NCBI RefSeq assembly: GCF_964188315.1
Contig: NC_135655.1
Span: 82,274,001-82,338,000, forward strand
Origin: Podarcis muralis
Taxonomy: Eukaryota
Length of the DNA stretch: 64,000 nt
Direction of reading: 5' to 3'
The number at the start of each line of letters is the position of its first letter. Within the stretch, counting starts at the first letter, position 1. This document shows positions 38,240 through 50,438 of this stretch, one piece after another. The position numbers were made by a program, and so were the translations under genes. The notes beneath the pieces were generated by a model. It did no database searches, was not told where the DNA came from, and was given only the letters and a program-made list of their open reading frames with translations.

Positions 38240-38440
38240 CAACTAAAGATGATTTATGGAAAAGGAGCATCTTGAGGGGCAACCTGGGAGGAGGATCCAT
38301 CTCTAAATGCACCCATTTCAGTTATGGAAATAGAGCTGGCTATTAATCAAGAAAAACAGGTAAATCATCGGGTCCTGATGGGCTCACTGCTTCTTGCTAG
38401 AGAACATTTCGAGATCTAACAATACCACTGAAAGATACAA
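38240..38440 (+). mobile_element. Ancient L1 RT-start fragment
   Basis: aaaacaggtaaatcatcgggtcctgatggg encodes KTGKSSGPDG. Confidence 0.5.
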
Positions 38441-39261
38441 TGAACGGAGTAGGAGAAAGACACAGCACTTGAAAATTGCACCCTAGCCTAAGTCATTAAT
38501 TACCTTCCTACTGAACAGCCCACACCACGCCCCATAATCGTCTTATGGAAAATGTTTAATAGCTTGACCATGATTCCATAAGAAATTGACATTTTACCAT
38601 TGTTGTGTTTTTTTTTTCCCCTCCTGAGGTTAACTATAATTTTATTACTATCTACTCTTAGTAGAATTTTCAGATTTTCAGGTTACATCTTTGCCTCCTT
38701 TGCCAGGAATGAAGAAATGAGGTATGAATTGGGGTGAATAAAACATGCAGTTAAAAGAAACACCCTAACACCCCTCAGTGTGGGTTCCTGAGAGTTGGGA
38801 GAATAAGCCTACCAAATTATAACTGGCATGGGCAATTCCATCCCTGCTCTGAGCACTAGAACAGTCTCCCCTTGCCTGTTCATCTTAAAGGTAATCAGCC
38901 ACAGATGGAATTTTTTGACAGACAGAATCCTAGAGTAGCTTCATTTCTGTAGCACCTTATGCAAGACAGTTGTGAGAAGTCAATTGGATAAGCATCTCTT
39001 CACCATAAGGATGCCTCAATTTGACCCCCTCCTGATCCATCTTACACCTGCATCTGTGTAAGATGTTTCACCAAGCTGGCCCAATTACTAGATCCCTCCC
39101 TCAACTTATCCCTCTACTACTACTGCATGAAATAGATGTGGAGGGCCAGTGCTCTCAGTTTGCCAACTCTGAGGGTACCCACCCCAATACAAATTCTACT
39201 TAACTCCTTAAATAGGGACTGGCTACTCCCATGCTCTAAATACATAAATATATATACAGTA

Positions 39262-39615
39262 AAGGTAAAGGTAAAGGGACCCCTGACCATTAGGTCCAGT
39301 CGTGGACGACTCTGGGGTTGCAGTGTTCATCCCGTTTTACTGGCTGAGGGAGCCAGGGTACAGCTTCTGGGTCATGTGGCCAGCATGACTAAGCTGCTTT
39401 CTGGCGAACCAGAGCAGCGCACGGAAACACCATTTATCTTCCCGCTGGAGTGGTACCTATTTATCTACTTGCACTTTGTGCTTTTGAACTGCTAGGTTGG
39501 CAGGAGCAGGGACCAAGCAATGGCAGCTCACCCTGTCATGGGGATTCGAAATGCCGAGCTTCTGATCAGCAAGCCCTAGGCTCTGTGGTTTAGACCACAG
39601 CGCCACCCATGTCCC
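39262..39615 (-). mobile_element. Sauria SINE, full length
   Basis: TSD atatatacagta at 39250-39261 and 39616-39627. Confidence 0.92.
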
Positions 39616-39982
39616 ATATATACAGTATATAATTATGGAAATGCACTGAGGAGGGTTAGGCTTTTAAGCCTGTCCACATTCCTCCTTTAACTGGCAGATG
39701 CATCCCACCAGCTATGGGTCACCAAAACGGATGTGGGTGAGGGAATCACCCTTCACCTGAAACAAGGGCAGAAGAGCAGCATTCCATTCACTCTTCCATT
39801 CTTTGTATTTTGAAACCCTTTGCTTTAGAACTCTGGAAGCACATGAAGTCTTCGTCCAAAGTCACCTGCTGAAATGGTATTTTGTTTTGTTTGCCACACA
39901 AAGGGAACTGATCTGAGAAAATAAAATATTACATTGCTAACCATTGTTTCTCGTCCCACACAGGCAACTTGTATATGAGGAA

Positions 39983-40918
39983 ATGTCTCTGGAGAATCAC
40001 ACCACAATCACTGAATTCATTTTTCTAGGAGTCACAAACCGAACAGACCTGCAATTGCCCCTCTTTATCCTGTTCCTTATTGTCTATATTGCCACCGTAG
40101 TAGAAAATCTGGGCATGATCTTTCTGATAAGGAGTGACTCACAGCTTCACACTCCCATGTATTTCTTCCTCAGCCACTTGGCTTTTGTGGATGTCTGTTA
40201 TTCTTCCACCATCACCCCCAAAATGTTGGTGGATCTCTTGTCAGAGAGAAAAGGCATTGGGGTTTCAGGCTGTGCAACCCAGATGTTTCTCTTTGTTGTA
40301 TTTGGGATTACTGAGTGCCTCCTGCTAGCTGGAATGGCCTATGACCGTTATGCAGCAATCTGCAACCCCTTGCTCTATTCAGTTATTATGTCTGAGGAAA
40401 GGTGTGCCTGGCTCGTTGCTTGTTCATATGGAGTTGGACTGTTCCATTCAGTTACCCACACCACATTCACTTTTACTTTGTCCTTCTGCAGATCAAATAA
40501 AATAAATCATTTCTTCTGTGATATTCCTCCTCTTCTCCAGCTTTCTTGTTCTGATACCCACATATATGAGATGGTGATCTTTGCTTTGGTTAGTGTAAAT
40601 TGTGTGACCACCACAATGACCATTGGCATTTCCTATACTTGCATACTGGTTACGGTTTTGAAGATACGCTCTACAGAGGGCAGACACAAAACCTTTTCCA
40701 CCTGCACTTCCCACTTGATGGTTGTTACACTGTTCTATGGGACAATTTTCTTCATGTATCTCCGACCCAGCTCTGCATACAGCCTGGATCAAGACAAGGT
40801 CGCCTCTGTGTTCTACACAGTGATGATCCCTATGTTGAACCCCTTGATCTATGCCCTGAGGAACAAGGAGGTTAAATGTGCCCTTCAACGAGCGATTGAG
40901 AGGATGTTATCACTGTGA
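39983..40918 (+). CDS. Olfactory receptor, class II family 5 (start MSLENHT), related to the 33219 gene
   Basis: Intact ORF with OR motifs; acceptor CAG at 39961-39963 precedes the ATG. Confidence 0.95.
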   Translation: MSLENHTTITEFIFLGVTNRTDLQLPLFILFLIVYIATVVENLGMIFLIRSDSQLHTPMYFFLSHLAFVDVCYSSTITPKMLVDLLSERKGIGVSGCATQMFLFVVFGITECLLLAGMAYDRYAAICNPLLYSVIMSEERCAWLVACSYGVGLFHSVTHTTFTFTLSFCRSNKINHFFCDIPPLLQLSCSDTHIYEMVIFALVSVNCVTTTMTIGISYTCILVTVLKIRSTEGRHKTFSTCTSHLMVVTLFYGTIFFMYLRPSSAYSLDQDKVASVFYTVMIPMLNPLIYALRNKEVKCALQRAIERMLSL

Positions 40919-41379
40919 AATGAAATAGCAGAACAGCTGGAACAAAGTACAAGAAAAGAACCTTGCAATACAACTTGATCACTGTTATAATTGATCTGTT
41001 CACCTGGTTGTTTGTTGCGAGTCCTAGCAGGGAATGAATTTGGAGCGACAATAAACCATGGCTTCATGCTTTTTGTACACATGAAGGACAATTGAAAAAC
41101 CTATTGCTATTCTAGCACAATGTTAGAAAGTTCAGTAATGTGTAGGTGTCATGGGCCAGAATGTTGCACAACGTGGGGATATTACTGAATTGGCACCTGC
41201 CACAATTTATTTATATATTTTTATCCCTTCCTCCCTGCAATGTAGCTAATATGGCTTTCACAGCTTTATCTCAGTTTTTCCAACAGAGGGCAGTGAGAGG
41301 GTGAGAAACCCAAATTCAAACCTGAATATGAATTTGAACGTATGACACCTGGTGACATATATGGTCCTATGTACAATAA

Positions 41380-41519
41380 GGGATGTGGGTAGTGCTGTGG
41401 TCTAAACCACTGAGCCTCTGGGGTTTGCAGATCAGAAGGTCGGCAGTTTGAATCCCCGCGATGGGCTGAGCTCCCATTGCTCTGTCCCAGCTTCTGCCAA
41501 CCTAGCAGTTCGAAAGCAC
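41380..41519 (+). mobile_element. Sauria SINE 5' half
   Basis: A/B boxes present; homology stops at gaaagcac. Confidence 0.85.
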
Positions 41520-41930
41520 ACCAGTCCAGCATTTTGTTCTCACAGTGCCCAACTAGCTGTCCAAGCAAAGTCCAAAAGCAGAGTACAGGCACTCTACCCA
41601 CAAGTGAATCCCAGCAACCAGAATTCAAATCCATATAAACAATGACAATTGAGATAGAATACAGACAACATGAGCTGCAGTCATTGATAGACCTGCCCTC
41701 CATTAATTTTCCCTTTTAAAGCCATCCAAGTTAGTAGCCATCACTACTTATTGTGGGAACAAATTCCAGATTATAACTATGGGCTGTATGAAGAAGTATG
41801 ATCTTTTATCTGTCATGAATTTTCCAATATTCAGTTTCATGGGATAGCCACCTGCTCTAATGTTATTCGAGTGGGAGAAAAACTTTTCTTTGTCCACTTT
41901 CTCTACTCCATGCATCATCCCATGGCTTCT
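41520..41930 (-). mobile_element. CR1 3' fragment
   Basis: Minus-strand ctgtgagaacaaaatgctggact (CR1 3' UTR) plus degenerate ORF2 end. Confidence 0.65.
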
Positions 41931-42289
41931 GACAAAATTAAGTGGAATCTTACTAAAAACATATTTCTTTAAATTGTAAAGATTTTAGTAAAAACATCCG
42001 GAAACTGCACTAGCCACAGTACTTGTTATATTGACACCTCAATTTCCAAGCTCTTTGCTTTGTCTGAATCTATACAAACCTCTGCCCCACCAGAACACCC
42101 TCCTAGTGCTTTGCCCCCAGTGGGAGGTATCTGCTAATGGAGGAGAAGGGGGCCATTTTGACAATTCCCTCACCCACTGCTGCCCCAAATGTCCCTTGAA
42201 AATCTAAGCTGGAGGGTGGGGGAACAACCTACCCAGCCCCTGAGATCACTTTCTGAGGCCCTCCTAAGTGTGACTCCTCCACCAGAGGT

Positions 42290-42860
42290 CTGGAGGGTGG
42301 TAATATAAGAAGAGGCCTTGTCTGCGATGGCTCCCCATTTGTGAAATGCTCTCCCCAGGGAGATTCAGCTAGCGCCTTCATTATACATCTTTAAGTGCCA
42401 GGCAAAAACGTTCCTCTTCAACCAGACTTTTGGCTGATTAATTTCTATGGACCTTTTTTTTTTTTTTTTTTTTGCAAATTCTCTTTATTTTATTTCCAGC
42501 ATATAAAAAAACAGGTCCACAAATGTATCAAAACAACAACAAAAAAGAAATAAAAATACATAAACATAAGTAAGCATAAAAGAAATACATGAACATAAGT
42601 AAACCACATATGCACACATTAATCCATACTATATCCTTGGTATGACTTCCCTCTACCACGGTTTGAGCAATGTCCCAAAATTGTCTTCTGCAGTATCCTT
42701 TTGCAACCATTGTCTCTACATCACAGGTAATTTCACCTTTAAGCGTGTCTTGTGGTAGGGTGGGTGTTGGTGGTTATTGTTTTGTTATTGTTATTGTTTT
42801 TATTATATACTTTGTTGTTTTATTCTGTGGTTGTTATGCTGTGAACTGCCCTGAGATGAT
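42290..42860. mobile_element. L2 3' fragment (+) interrupted by an L1 3' UTR/polyA (-, about 42451-42735)
   Basis: L2 sequence resumes after the poly-T-headed insert; accttt occurs on both sides. Confidence 0.6.
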
Positions 42861-43831
42861 GGTGGTGGTGGTGGTGGTGATATTTCACTCTTTCTCTCTC
42901 TGGAATTCTGCTTGACAGCACCATTTCACCTCATTTTCCATTAAGAGGTAAAAAATAATAATTAGCTCCCTGTTGGTCATTTTAGTTTCTATGAGACTTC
43001 AAGAGGGATTAAAGTCTGAAAACGTCATGTGTGAGGAAGCTCAATATCCTGTCAACTGTTTATCTTACAGCAGCCAAACAAAAGTGCTCCATAATAAATT
43101 GCAAGGTAGTCTCTTGCAAATTCAGATCAGAATAGACATTCTATTTATGCTAAGAATTCTGAAAGAACAGGACTGCTGAGAGAATAACATCTGGCGGAAA
43201 AGTAATGTTAGGAACCAAGTGTCACTGGAAAGATTGGTGAAGAAAGAAAATGGAACAGAGCTTCTTATGGTGCCCATATAGTACCAACAATCAGGGGGTT
43301 GGCAATTAGATTAAGGGAACATTTGTAGCTTATTTTAGAGCTGAGGAGAGAAAACATTATTGCAAATTATCAGATCGCTGTGATTCAACATATCTAGTTC
43401 ACTTTAATATTATTTTATATCTTACATGAACTTGCTGATCTATCTGCCTCAAGCGCTCTCTCTCTCTCTCTCTCTCTCTGACTGCAACAGAGTACCACAG
43501 CTGTTTATGCAAAAGCTGCACAGAGCTTATTTCCAAAGGTATGTAAAAGTATGCAAAAGTGCACTTTATGCTATGCTTTCTTGTGTTGGTGTAGATAGAA
43601 GTATATGAAATGAAGGAAATGATTTGCATGAATTCTTTGACCGTTCATAGCACAGGAGTAAATATCTCCTGAGTAGATGCAGTGATAATCCAATTTCTGT
43701 TAAAGTAATGCAAGCTCATAGTCATCCCTGCCACTGCTGGCAAAGAATTCCATACATTAGTTGTAAAATATTGTTTTACCTGTGCTATGCTTTGGTGTTT
43801 TTTTCAGATCTGGACATTTCACCTGGGTGCA

Positions 43832-44797
43832 ATGTCTGAAGAAAACTCCACAACAGTGGTCAGTGAGTTTGTCTTTGTAGGATTAACAAACAACCCTACA
43901 CTACGAACTAATCTCTTTTTGGTGTTCCTGGTTATTTATATGATCACCTTGGTTGAAAATCTAGGAATGATTGCCTTAATAAGGGCCAGTCCCCGGCTCC
44001 ACACTCCAATGTACTTCTTTCTCAGCAACCTGTCTTTCCTGGATGTATGCTTCTCTTCTGTGTTTGCTCCAGAGGCATTAGTAAACTTCTTAGCAGAGAA
44101 AAGGTCCATTTCCTTTATTGGGTGTGCAATGCAAATGTACTTTTTTATAGGTCTGGGGAGTACGGAGTGCTTTCTCTTGGTTGCAATGGCATATGATCGC
44201 TATGTGGCTATCTGCAAACCGTTGCTGTACCCAGTCCTCATGTCTCCTAGAGTCTGCATTCTTCTGGTGTTGGGGTCTTATGCTCTTGGCTTTTTGCACT
44301 CTCTCCTTCATACAGTCTTCACCTTCAGGCTGTCGTTCTGCAGGTCTAACGTGATCAATAACTTTTTCTGTGACATCACAGCACTTTTGGCCATTTCCTG
44401 TTCAGATATCCACCTCAATGAACTCCTGATTTTCTATGAAGCTGGTCTTGTAGAAATAACCACCATCCTGAGTGTTGTAGTTTCTTATACATATATTCTC
44501 AGCAACATTGTGGTGAGGATCAGTTCGGTCGCAGGCAGGCTGAAAGCCTTCTCCACCTGCACCTCGCACCTCATCGTGGTTACCATTTTCCATGGGGCAA
44601 TTCTCATTCTGCATTTCCGACCAACCTCTAGCAGCGAATCTTTGGTTCAAGGCGTCTTTGACAAAACACTGACTGTGTTCTATACAGTTGTCATCCCTTT
44701 GCTCAACCCTTTGATTTATAGCCTCCGAAACAAGGAGGTAAAGGATGCTTTGGGAGGCTTTCAGCGAAAGGTGTGTGACAAAATGTTTTGTTCATGA
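43832..44797 (+). CDS. Olfactory receptor, family 5, divergent FHG/long-ECL3 type (start MSEENST)
   Basis: Intact ORF with [24 protein letters not shown] and [12 protein letters not shown]; acceptor at 43805-43807. Confidence 0.94.
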   Translation: MSEENSTTVVSEFVFVGLTNNPTLRTNLFLVFLVIYMITLVENLGMIALIRASPRLHTPMYFFLSNLSFLDVCFSSVFAPEALVNFLAEKRSISFIGCAMQMYFFIGLGSTECFLLVAMAYDRYVAICKPLLYPVLMSPRVCILLVLGSYALGFLHSLLHTVFTFRLSFCRSNVINNFFCDITALLAISCSDIHLNELLIFYEAGLVEITTILSVVVSYTYILSNIVVRISSVAGRLKAFSTCTSHLIVVTIFHGAILILHFRPTSSSESLVQGVFDKTLTVFYTVVIPLLNPLIYSLRNKEVKDALGGFQRKVCDKMFCS

Positions 44798-46298
44798 ACC
44801 TTATAAAATCAAATGGGCATTGCATTATTAATGTATGTAATGTATTACAGTTCTTTCCAGACCTTAAAGTCTGGATAGAAAGAAGGATGCACCAAATTCC
44901 CTCTGGCCCCTATGTGCTGATTTGGTGAGGAATGTAATGTTTCCCTTAAACTATGTCCCTATTAATCCAAGCTGAATGAAGGGAACATTCTATGCTATGA
45001 ATGATATATGGTGTATCCCCTAACATGGAGTTTGACCACTGTTTTAACTATTCTCTTTTGTATGATTAACATAGTGCTTAATAGTGCATTGTATCCCCAC
45101 CTCCTTAAGTCAGAGATGGGGAGTTGCTGTAGCCCCTTGGTGTTGTTGGGTTCCAATTCCCATCAGACTCATGATCAGGCAAGATGGGAGTTATAGTCCA
45201 GCAATGTCTGAAGAATCACAGGTTCATCCCTCCTGCCTTAAGCCATAGGGAGTATGAGAAGTGCTCCTGTTCAGTCAACTTGGAACAGGAACCTCCTTGG
45301 AACAGGAAGGCTTGCATTTGACAGAGTTATCCGTCCATCCATCTTGCCCACCTGCTGCCTGCCAACATCATTCCATTGGCACAGAGCACCCTTTTCTATC
45401 CACCAGATGTATGGCCAGATAGAAGTATCACCAATGGAATTGCTGCGAGTGGTGGCCAGTGGAAAGTCTTGAAAGGGATCCCTTCCCAGTGCTACTACCA
45501 TCGTATGAAAACATTGCGCCTGATTCAGTTCCAAGTGGGTGCAACAGTCTTCTTGCTCCCAACTTCTGTCCTACCTGTGATGTACAGCAAGGCTCTGGAT
45601 GTGACAAAAAACTCTCACAGAGAGAGAAGTAGAGGGAGAGGGAGCTGCTGTCTGCCAGCCACCTCAAAAAGTATCTGAGATGCCATTGCACTGCCTGCAG
45701 AAAGTTTAAGAAGGCTTTCCCTGATGTGTGCCTCAGTCATTCTCTACAGTGTCTATAACTGTAGATATGATTTTATTGCTTTTAGTTCATTGAGTTTGTT
45801 TCTTTTATATTTTATCCTATTTTCTCTTACTGTACAATGCTTGCATGACTTTAGGCTATGAAATGCTTTTTAGAATTGAAAAATAAAAAAAAGGCAGTCA
45901 ACCTATCTCCTCCTCTATCTCCTCTACAGTCAACCTATCTCCTCTATTGTGAGACTCAATTAGGCCCTCTTCAAGTGTTTGGCTTGACATTATGTCAGAA
46001 GCTAGCCAGCAATAAATCACACAGAGTAAGTGACATTAACTTTATTAGAAGAAACAAGGTCTGCTCAGGGGTGTCAGCATAGCAACACTTTTCAGAGGCC
46101 TAGCTCCTTTGAGGCAGTTGTGGAGACTGCAAGTCCTCACTTTCCCACAGCTGCTTAAATCTCCTCCTCCCCCAGGTCCTTCCTTGAACAAAAGAGATAA
46201 AATTCAAAATGGATATCAATATTTCTTATTAGAAAATTCAGTCCCACGTGTTTCCCCATTCTTCAGCACTTGTACCTACCAGTACTTTGTATTTCTGC

Positions 46299-46535
46299 TA
46301 GGGTTGCCCTATTTCAAGAAGTGACAATCCGGACTAAAAAGCTTTTGAGCTATTTTTTTGGCAAAAATGCTTTTTAAAAATGCACTATTTTTGAAGGAAA
46401 TCGGCAAAAACACTGCCGACACTGTTGCCATACACCCAGATTTTCCCAGACATTTAGCTGATTTCTGCCCAGACATTGATTCCGACTGCAGTATTCTGGA
46501 TATCTCCGGTAAATTCTGGACAAATGGCAACCCTG
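46299..46535. mobile_element. hAT-type MITE
   Basis: tagggttgcc...ggcaaccctg; TSD atttctgc/attcctgc. Confidence 0.75.
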
Positions 46536-48972
46536 ATTCCTGCCATCTCACTGTTTTGTATTGTTGCCTGGTTGTGTGTGTGTGTGTGTGTGTGTGAAAC
46601 CTGGGACCTTCTGCAGTCAGATGCACTACCACGGAGTTACAACCCTTTCCCAGAAAAACAAATTGTGACAAAGTGTCAATGCGAATTTGATGGAAGATCA
46701 CATGCTTCCCCTGCAAAATATCCTAGGTTCAATGTGCAGCATCTCTGGGTAGTGCTGGGAAGGATCTTTCCCTGAAACCCTGGAGAGCCACTTCTAGTCA
46801 GTGCATAGTCCTGCACATTGCTGCTGCCCTCCAATGCCAATATTCATTCAGATAAACCAGTGATCTGGCTTTGGCTTCCTATGTTATTGGGATTCCTTCA
46901 TGAAACAATATTATCCATTTCCAGTCTATGATGCCCCCAACATTCTTCCAGTTGTAGCCATAGCTGTCAACGTTTCACTTTTTTTAAGGGAAATTCCCTT
47001 ATTCCGATTAGGATTCCTCACAAGAAAAGGGAAAAGTTGACAGCTATGGTTGTAGCTTCATATATGTTTGTTTTTCAGGGCTAGCAATACTCCCCCCCTT
47101 CTCTTTGCCTCTTCACAAGGGTGGCTCACCTATGAAGCAAGGTGAGGCAACCGCCTCAGGTGGCAAGATCCACAGGGGTAGCAGATCCCAGTGTAGATCT
47201 TTATTTCCCCTTTGTTAATCTTTATTCACTCCTTCTTCCCTAGCAGGGAGGGGGCACTTTTTGTGGTTCACGTGAGGTGCCAAAATGTATTGGGTCGGCC
47301 CTGCCTCTTCATATGGAATTATTATTATTTTTTATCAGAAACAAACAATGCGGTTGAGTCTTGGGGAGAGTATAGCACATTTTCCCAATAGATGAATTCC
47401 TAAAACGATGAATTCTGTGCAGTTCTCCAAGGACATGGAGCACTGAGGGTGGTAGGGATAAAATAAAAGCTCTCCAATTATATATACACATGCCATTCCA
47501 TGCAGCTGGCAAAGTGGACTCTGTCTAAGAATGCTTCTGGGTACAATAACTGTGCTCATTATCACATTTCTCTATTTGGGTTTTACTGCAAGCAACCCAC
47601 ATAGTTATCTCTCTGGAATTAAGTTCCATTGATGCAATTTCATTCTCCATTCATTTCTTCAGATCTTCTACCACCCCAGTTTCCTTTAAGAGTAAGTAGA
47701 GACATATAAGAAAGCAGGAGTCAGTATGTTGTTTTCCCGCAACCACACACCTTGTTTTTCTGCATAACGTTTCCCCAACTTTGCTCTTAATTTGGCACAT
47801 ATATGCACTTCTTCTGCTAATGATGATTTTGAAGCATGTTTGATTGATCCTTGTGGCAGGCTTTTTGCCTATTTGTTTGTTATTTTGTTTGCTGTTTGCA
47901 TTATTTATATGAGCTCTGTTATGCAGGCTTATATGCATTTAAAGAATTATGGTTTTTTCATGCTCTCCAGAGAAAGGAGAGAGTGCTTCATGATTCCACT
48001 GCAAGCCAGCTGATTCTGCACTGATTATTTTTCTTCAGTATTGTAGTGCATGTACCTCCCAAGCATTGTTCTCAAGAGAAGATTATGCTCAGCAATCCAA
48101 GAGTCAGAGTTGTTACTTAGCTGTAACAGATACCAGATCCTGCAGTGTCATTTTAGTTTAGAAGGGGAAGGAAAATGTGCAGAATTTTACTAAGGGACCC
48201 TCTTAACAGGCAAAATAGCTTCTGGAAAAATTGCAAGTATGCGTAATGATTATCGTAAATGTACTCTGAGTGTCTCGATTATACACTTAAAACAGAAGTG
48301 AGAGGAAGTTTTCAGTCGAACTCTTGAATTTACTTGCATAACTTTGACGACATATTCTTTCTCAACATCCCCAGTAATAGAGACTCTTAACAGCGGCATT
48401 CTTGTAGCAGCAGAACCAAAGGCACACTTTCATACCCCTCAACCGTCCCAATTTAAGTGGGACATCCCATTTTGGGGCGCTGTGTTCGTGCACAAGTCCC
48501 CTGGCTCCTTTGAAATTGCAGCCCCGAAAGATGCATGTCCTGGTTTTCCTCTGGGCTGGGCTGGAGGGTATTCACTTTCAATGCCAAAAGTAATTTTTGA
48601 AAGAGTTTCTACATTGCTTCCTGGTATAGCCAGTTTCCTACATTAACAAAGGATGTGCTAGCTGTGTGGGGTACATTCTTAGTTTGTGTGGGTGTCTTCA
48701 TCACATCCTTTCCCACCTATAACTAGGCCCCCATGCTGTATAAGCAGATACCTTTGTAGAGCTGAAGAAGAAGGTAAGACACTCCCTTTATCCCCAAGCG
48801 CCTGGTACCTTTGATAGAAATCCTTCCTATATTTGTCTAAATAAAACAAGGGAGTCACTGGTGGCAAATGAATTGCATAGATTTCTCATGTGCATGATGA
48901 ATAAATGGTCGCTTCTTCTCAGTTGTCGTGTTTCTTTATTTTACAGCTCTGGAATAAAACAATCTGAATGCA

Positions 48973-49932
48973 ATGAAAGAGAAAAACTTCAGCGTAATAA
49001 TCAATGAGTTTGTATTTGTAGGGTTAACAAACAATCTCATACTACAGATTGTCCTCTTTCTAGTCTTCCTTGCTATTTATATTGCTACTTTGGTGGGAAA
49101 TCTAGGACTGTTTGTGTTAATAAGAGCCTGTCCCAAGCTCCACACTCCAATGTACTTCTTTCTCAGCAACCTCTCTCTCCTCGATGCATGCTTCTCCTCT
49201 GTGGTTGCCCCTAAGACTTTTGTGAATCTCTTAGCAGATAAAAAGACCATTTCCCTCACTGGATGTGCATTGCAAATGTACTTTGTGATAGGTCTGGGGA
49301 GCACAGAGTGCTTTCTCCTGGCTGCAATGGCATATGATCGCTATGTGGCTATCTGTAAACCACTGCTGTATCCAGTCCTCATGTCTCCTAAAATCTGTAC
49401 ACTTCTGGTGGTGGGGTCCTATGCTCTTGGGCTTCTGCACTCTCTTCTCCATACAGTCTTCACCTTCCGGCTGTCATTCTGTCAATCTAACGAAATCAAT
49501 CATGTATATTGTGACATCACTGCACTTTTATCACTTTCTTGTTCGGATACTTACATCAATGAACGTCTGATTTTTTTTGAGGCTGGGCTTGTAGAAGGAA
49601 CCACCATCCTGAGTGTTGTCGTCTCTTATATATACATTCTCATCAACATTGTGAGGATCAGCTCAAGGGCAGGTAGACTCAAGGCATTCTCCACTTGCAC
49701 CTCACACCTCACTGCAGTTACCATCTTCCATGGGGCAATTCTTATCTTGCATTTCCGACCAAACTCTGGCAGTGGATCGTTTCTTCAAGATGTCACGGAC
49801 AAAACCCTTGCTGTGTTCTACACAATTGTCATCCCCTTACTGAATCCCTTGATATACAGCCTGAGAAACAAGGAGGTTAAGGATGCCTTAGGAGGCATTC
49901 AGAGAAAAGTATGTAACAAAATGAGTAGCTAG
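48973..49932 (+). CDS. Olfactory receptor, paralog of the 43832 gene (319 aa)
   Basis: Intact ORF with OR motifs; shares [12 protein letters not shown] with the 43832 gene; acceptor at 48944-48946. Confidence 0.94.
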   Translation: MKEKNFSVIINEFVFVGLTNNLILQIVLFLVFLAIYIATLVGNLGLFVLIRACPKLHTPMYFFLSNLSLLDACFSSVVAPKTFVNLLADKKTISLTGCALQMYFVIGLGSTECFLLAAMAYDRYVAICKPLLYPVLMSPKICTLLVVGSYALGLLHSLLHTVFTFRLSFCQSNEINHVYCDITALLSLSCSDTYINERLIFFEAGLVEGTTILSVVVSYIYILINIVRISSRAGRLKAFSTCTSHLTAVTIFHGAILILHFRPNSGSGSFLQDVTDKTLAVFYTIVIPLLNPLIYSLRNKEVKDALGGIQRKVCNKMSS

Positions 49933-50438
49933 CAACAATTTCTAAACATTTCCACAAGAGTTATATATTGCTAGTCCATTATCAGCATCTATGTATGGTG
50001 TTGCATGTCCAATATTAAAATTACAAAAATGTAGCCTCTCTTGTCATTTACCTATATGATGATCTTAAGGATCAATATAAGTTCAGCAAATAATATAAGC
50101 TAGAAGTGCTCATTGTAGCTTAGGGTTGCCATATTTCAAAAAGCAAAAACCAGGACATCCCAAAAGTTGTTGAGATTTTTTTAAGGAAACCCCCAAAATT
50201 GTTGAGTTGTTTTTTAAATAAAAGAGAGTAAGTCAATTCTAGGAAAGTAATGCCCTATTCTTAAATTGCTTATCTATGATTACCTCTTACAATAAATATG
50301 TAGAAGATACCACATATCATGTGTGGTTGCAATGAGAGAGGGCTGTGGAGATGAACATGAGATCTTAAGATTGTGAGGAAACACAAAAGCCAGAGTGGTC
50401 TCATGGGGAGATCTTGGGCCGATCACTACTACTTAGTA

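Noticed and set aside
45250-45720. Possible very old L2 RT fragment
   Set aside because: Only faint motif resemblance; cannot be supported by eye.
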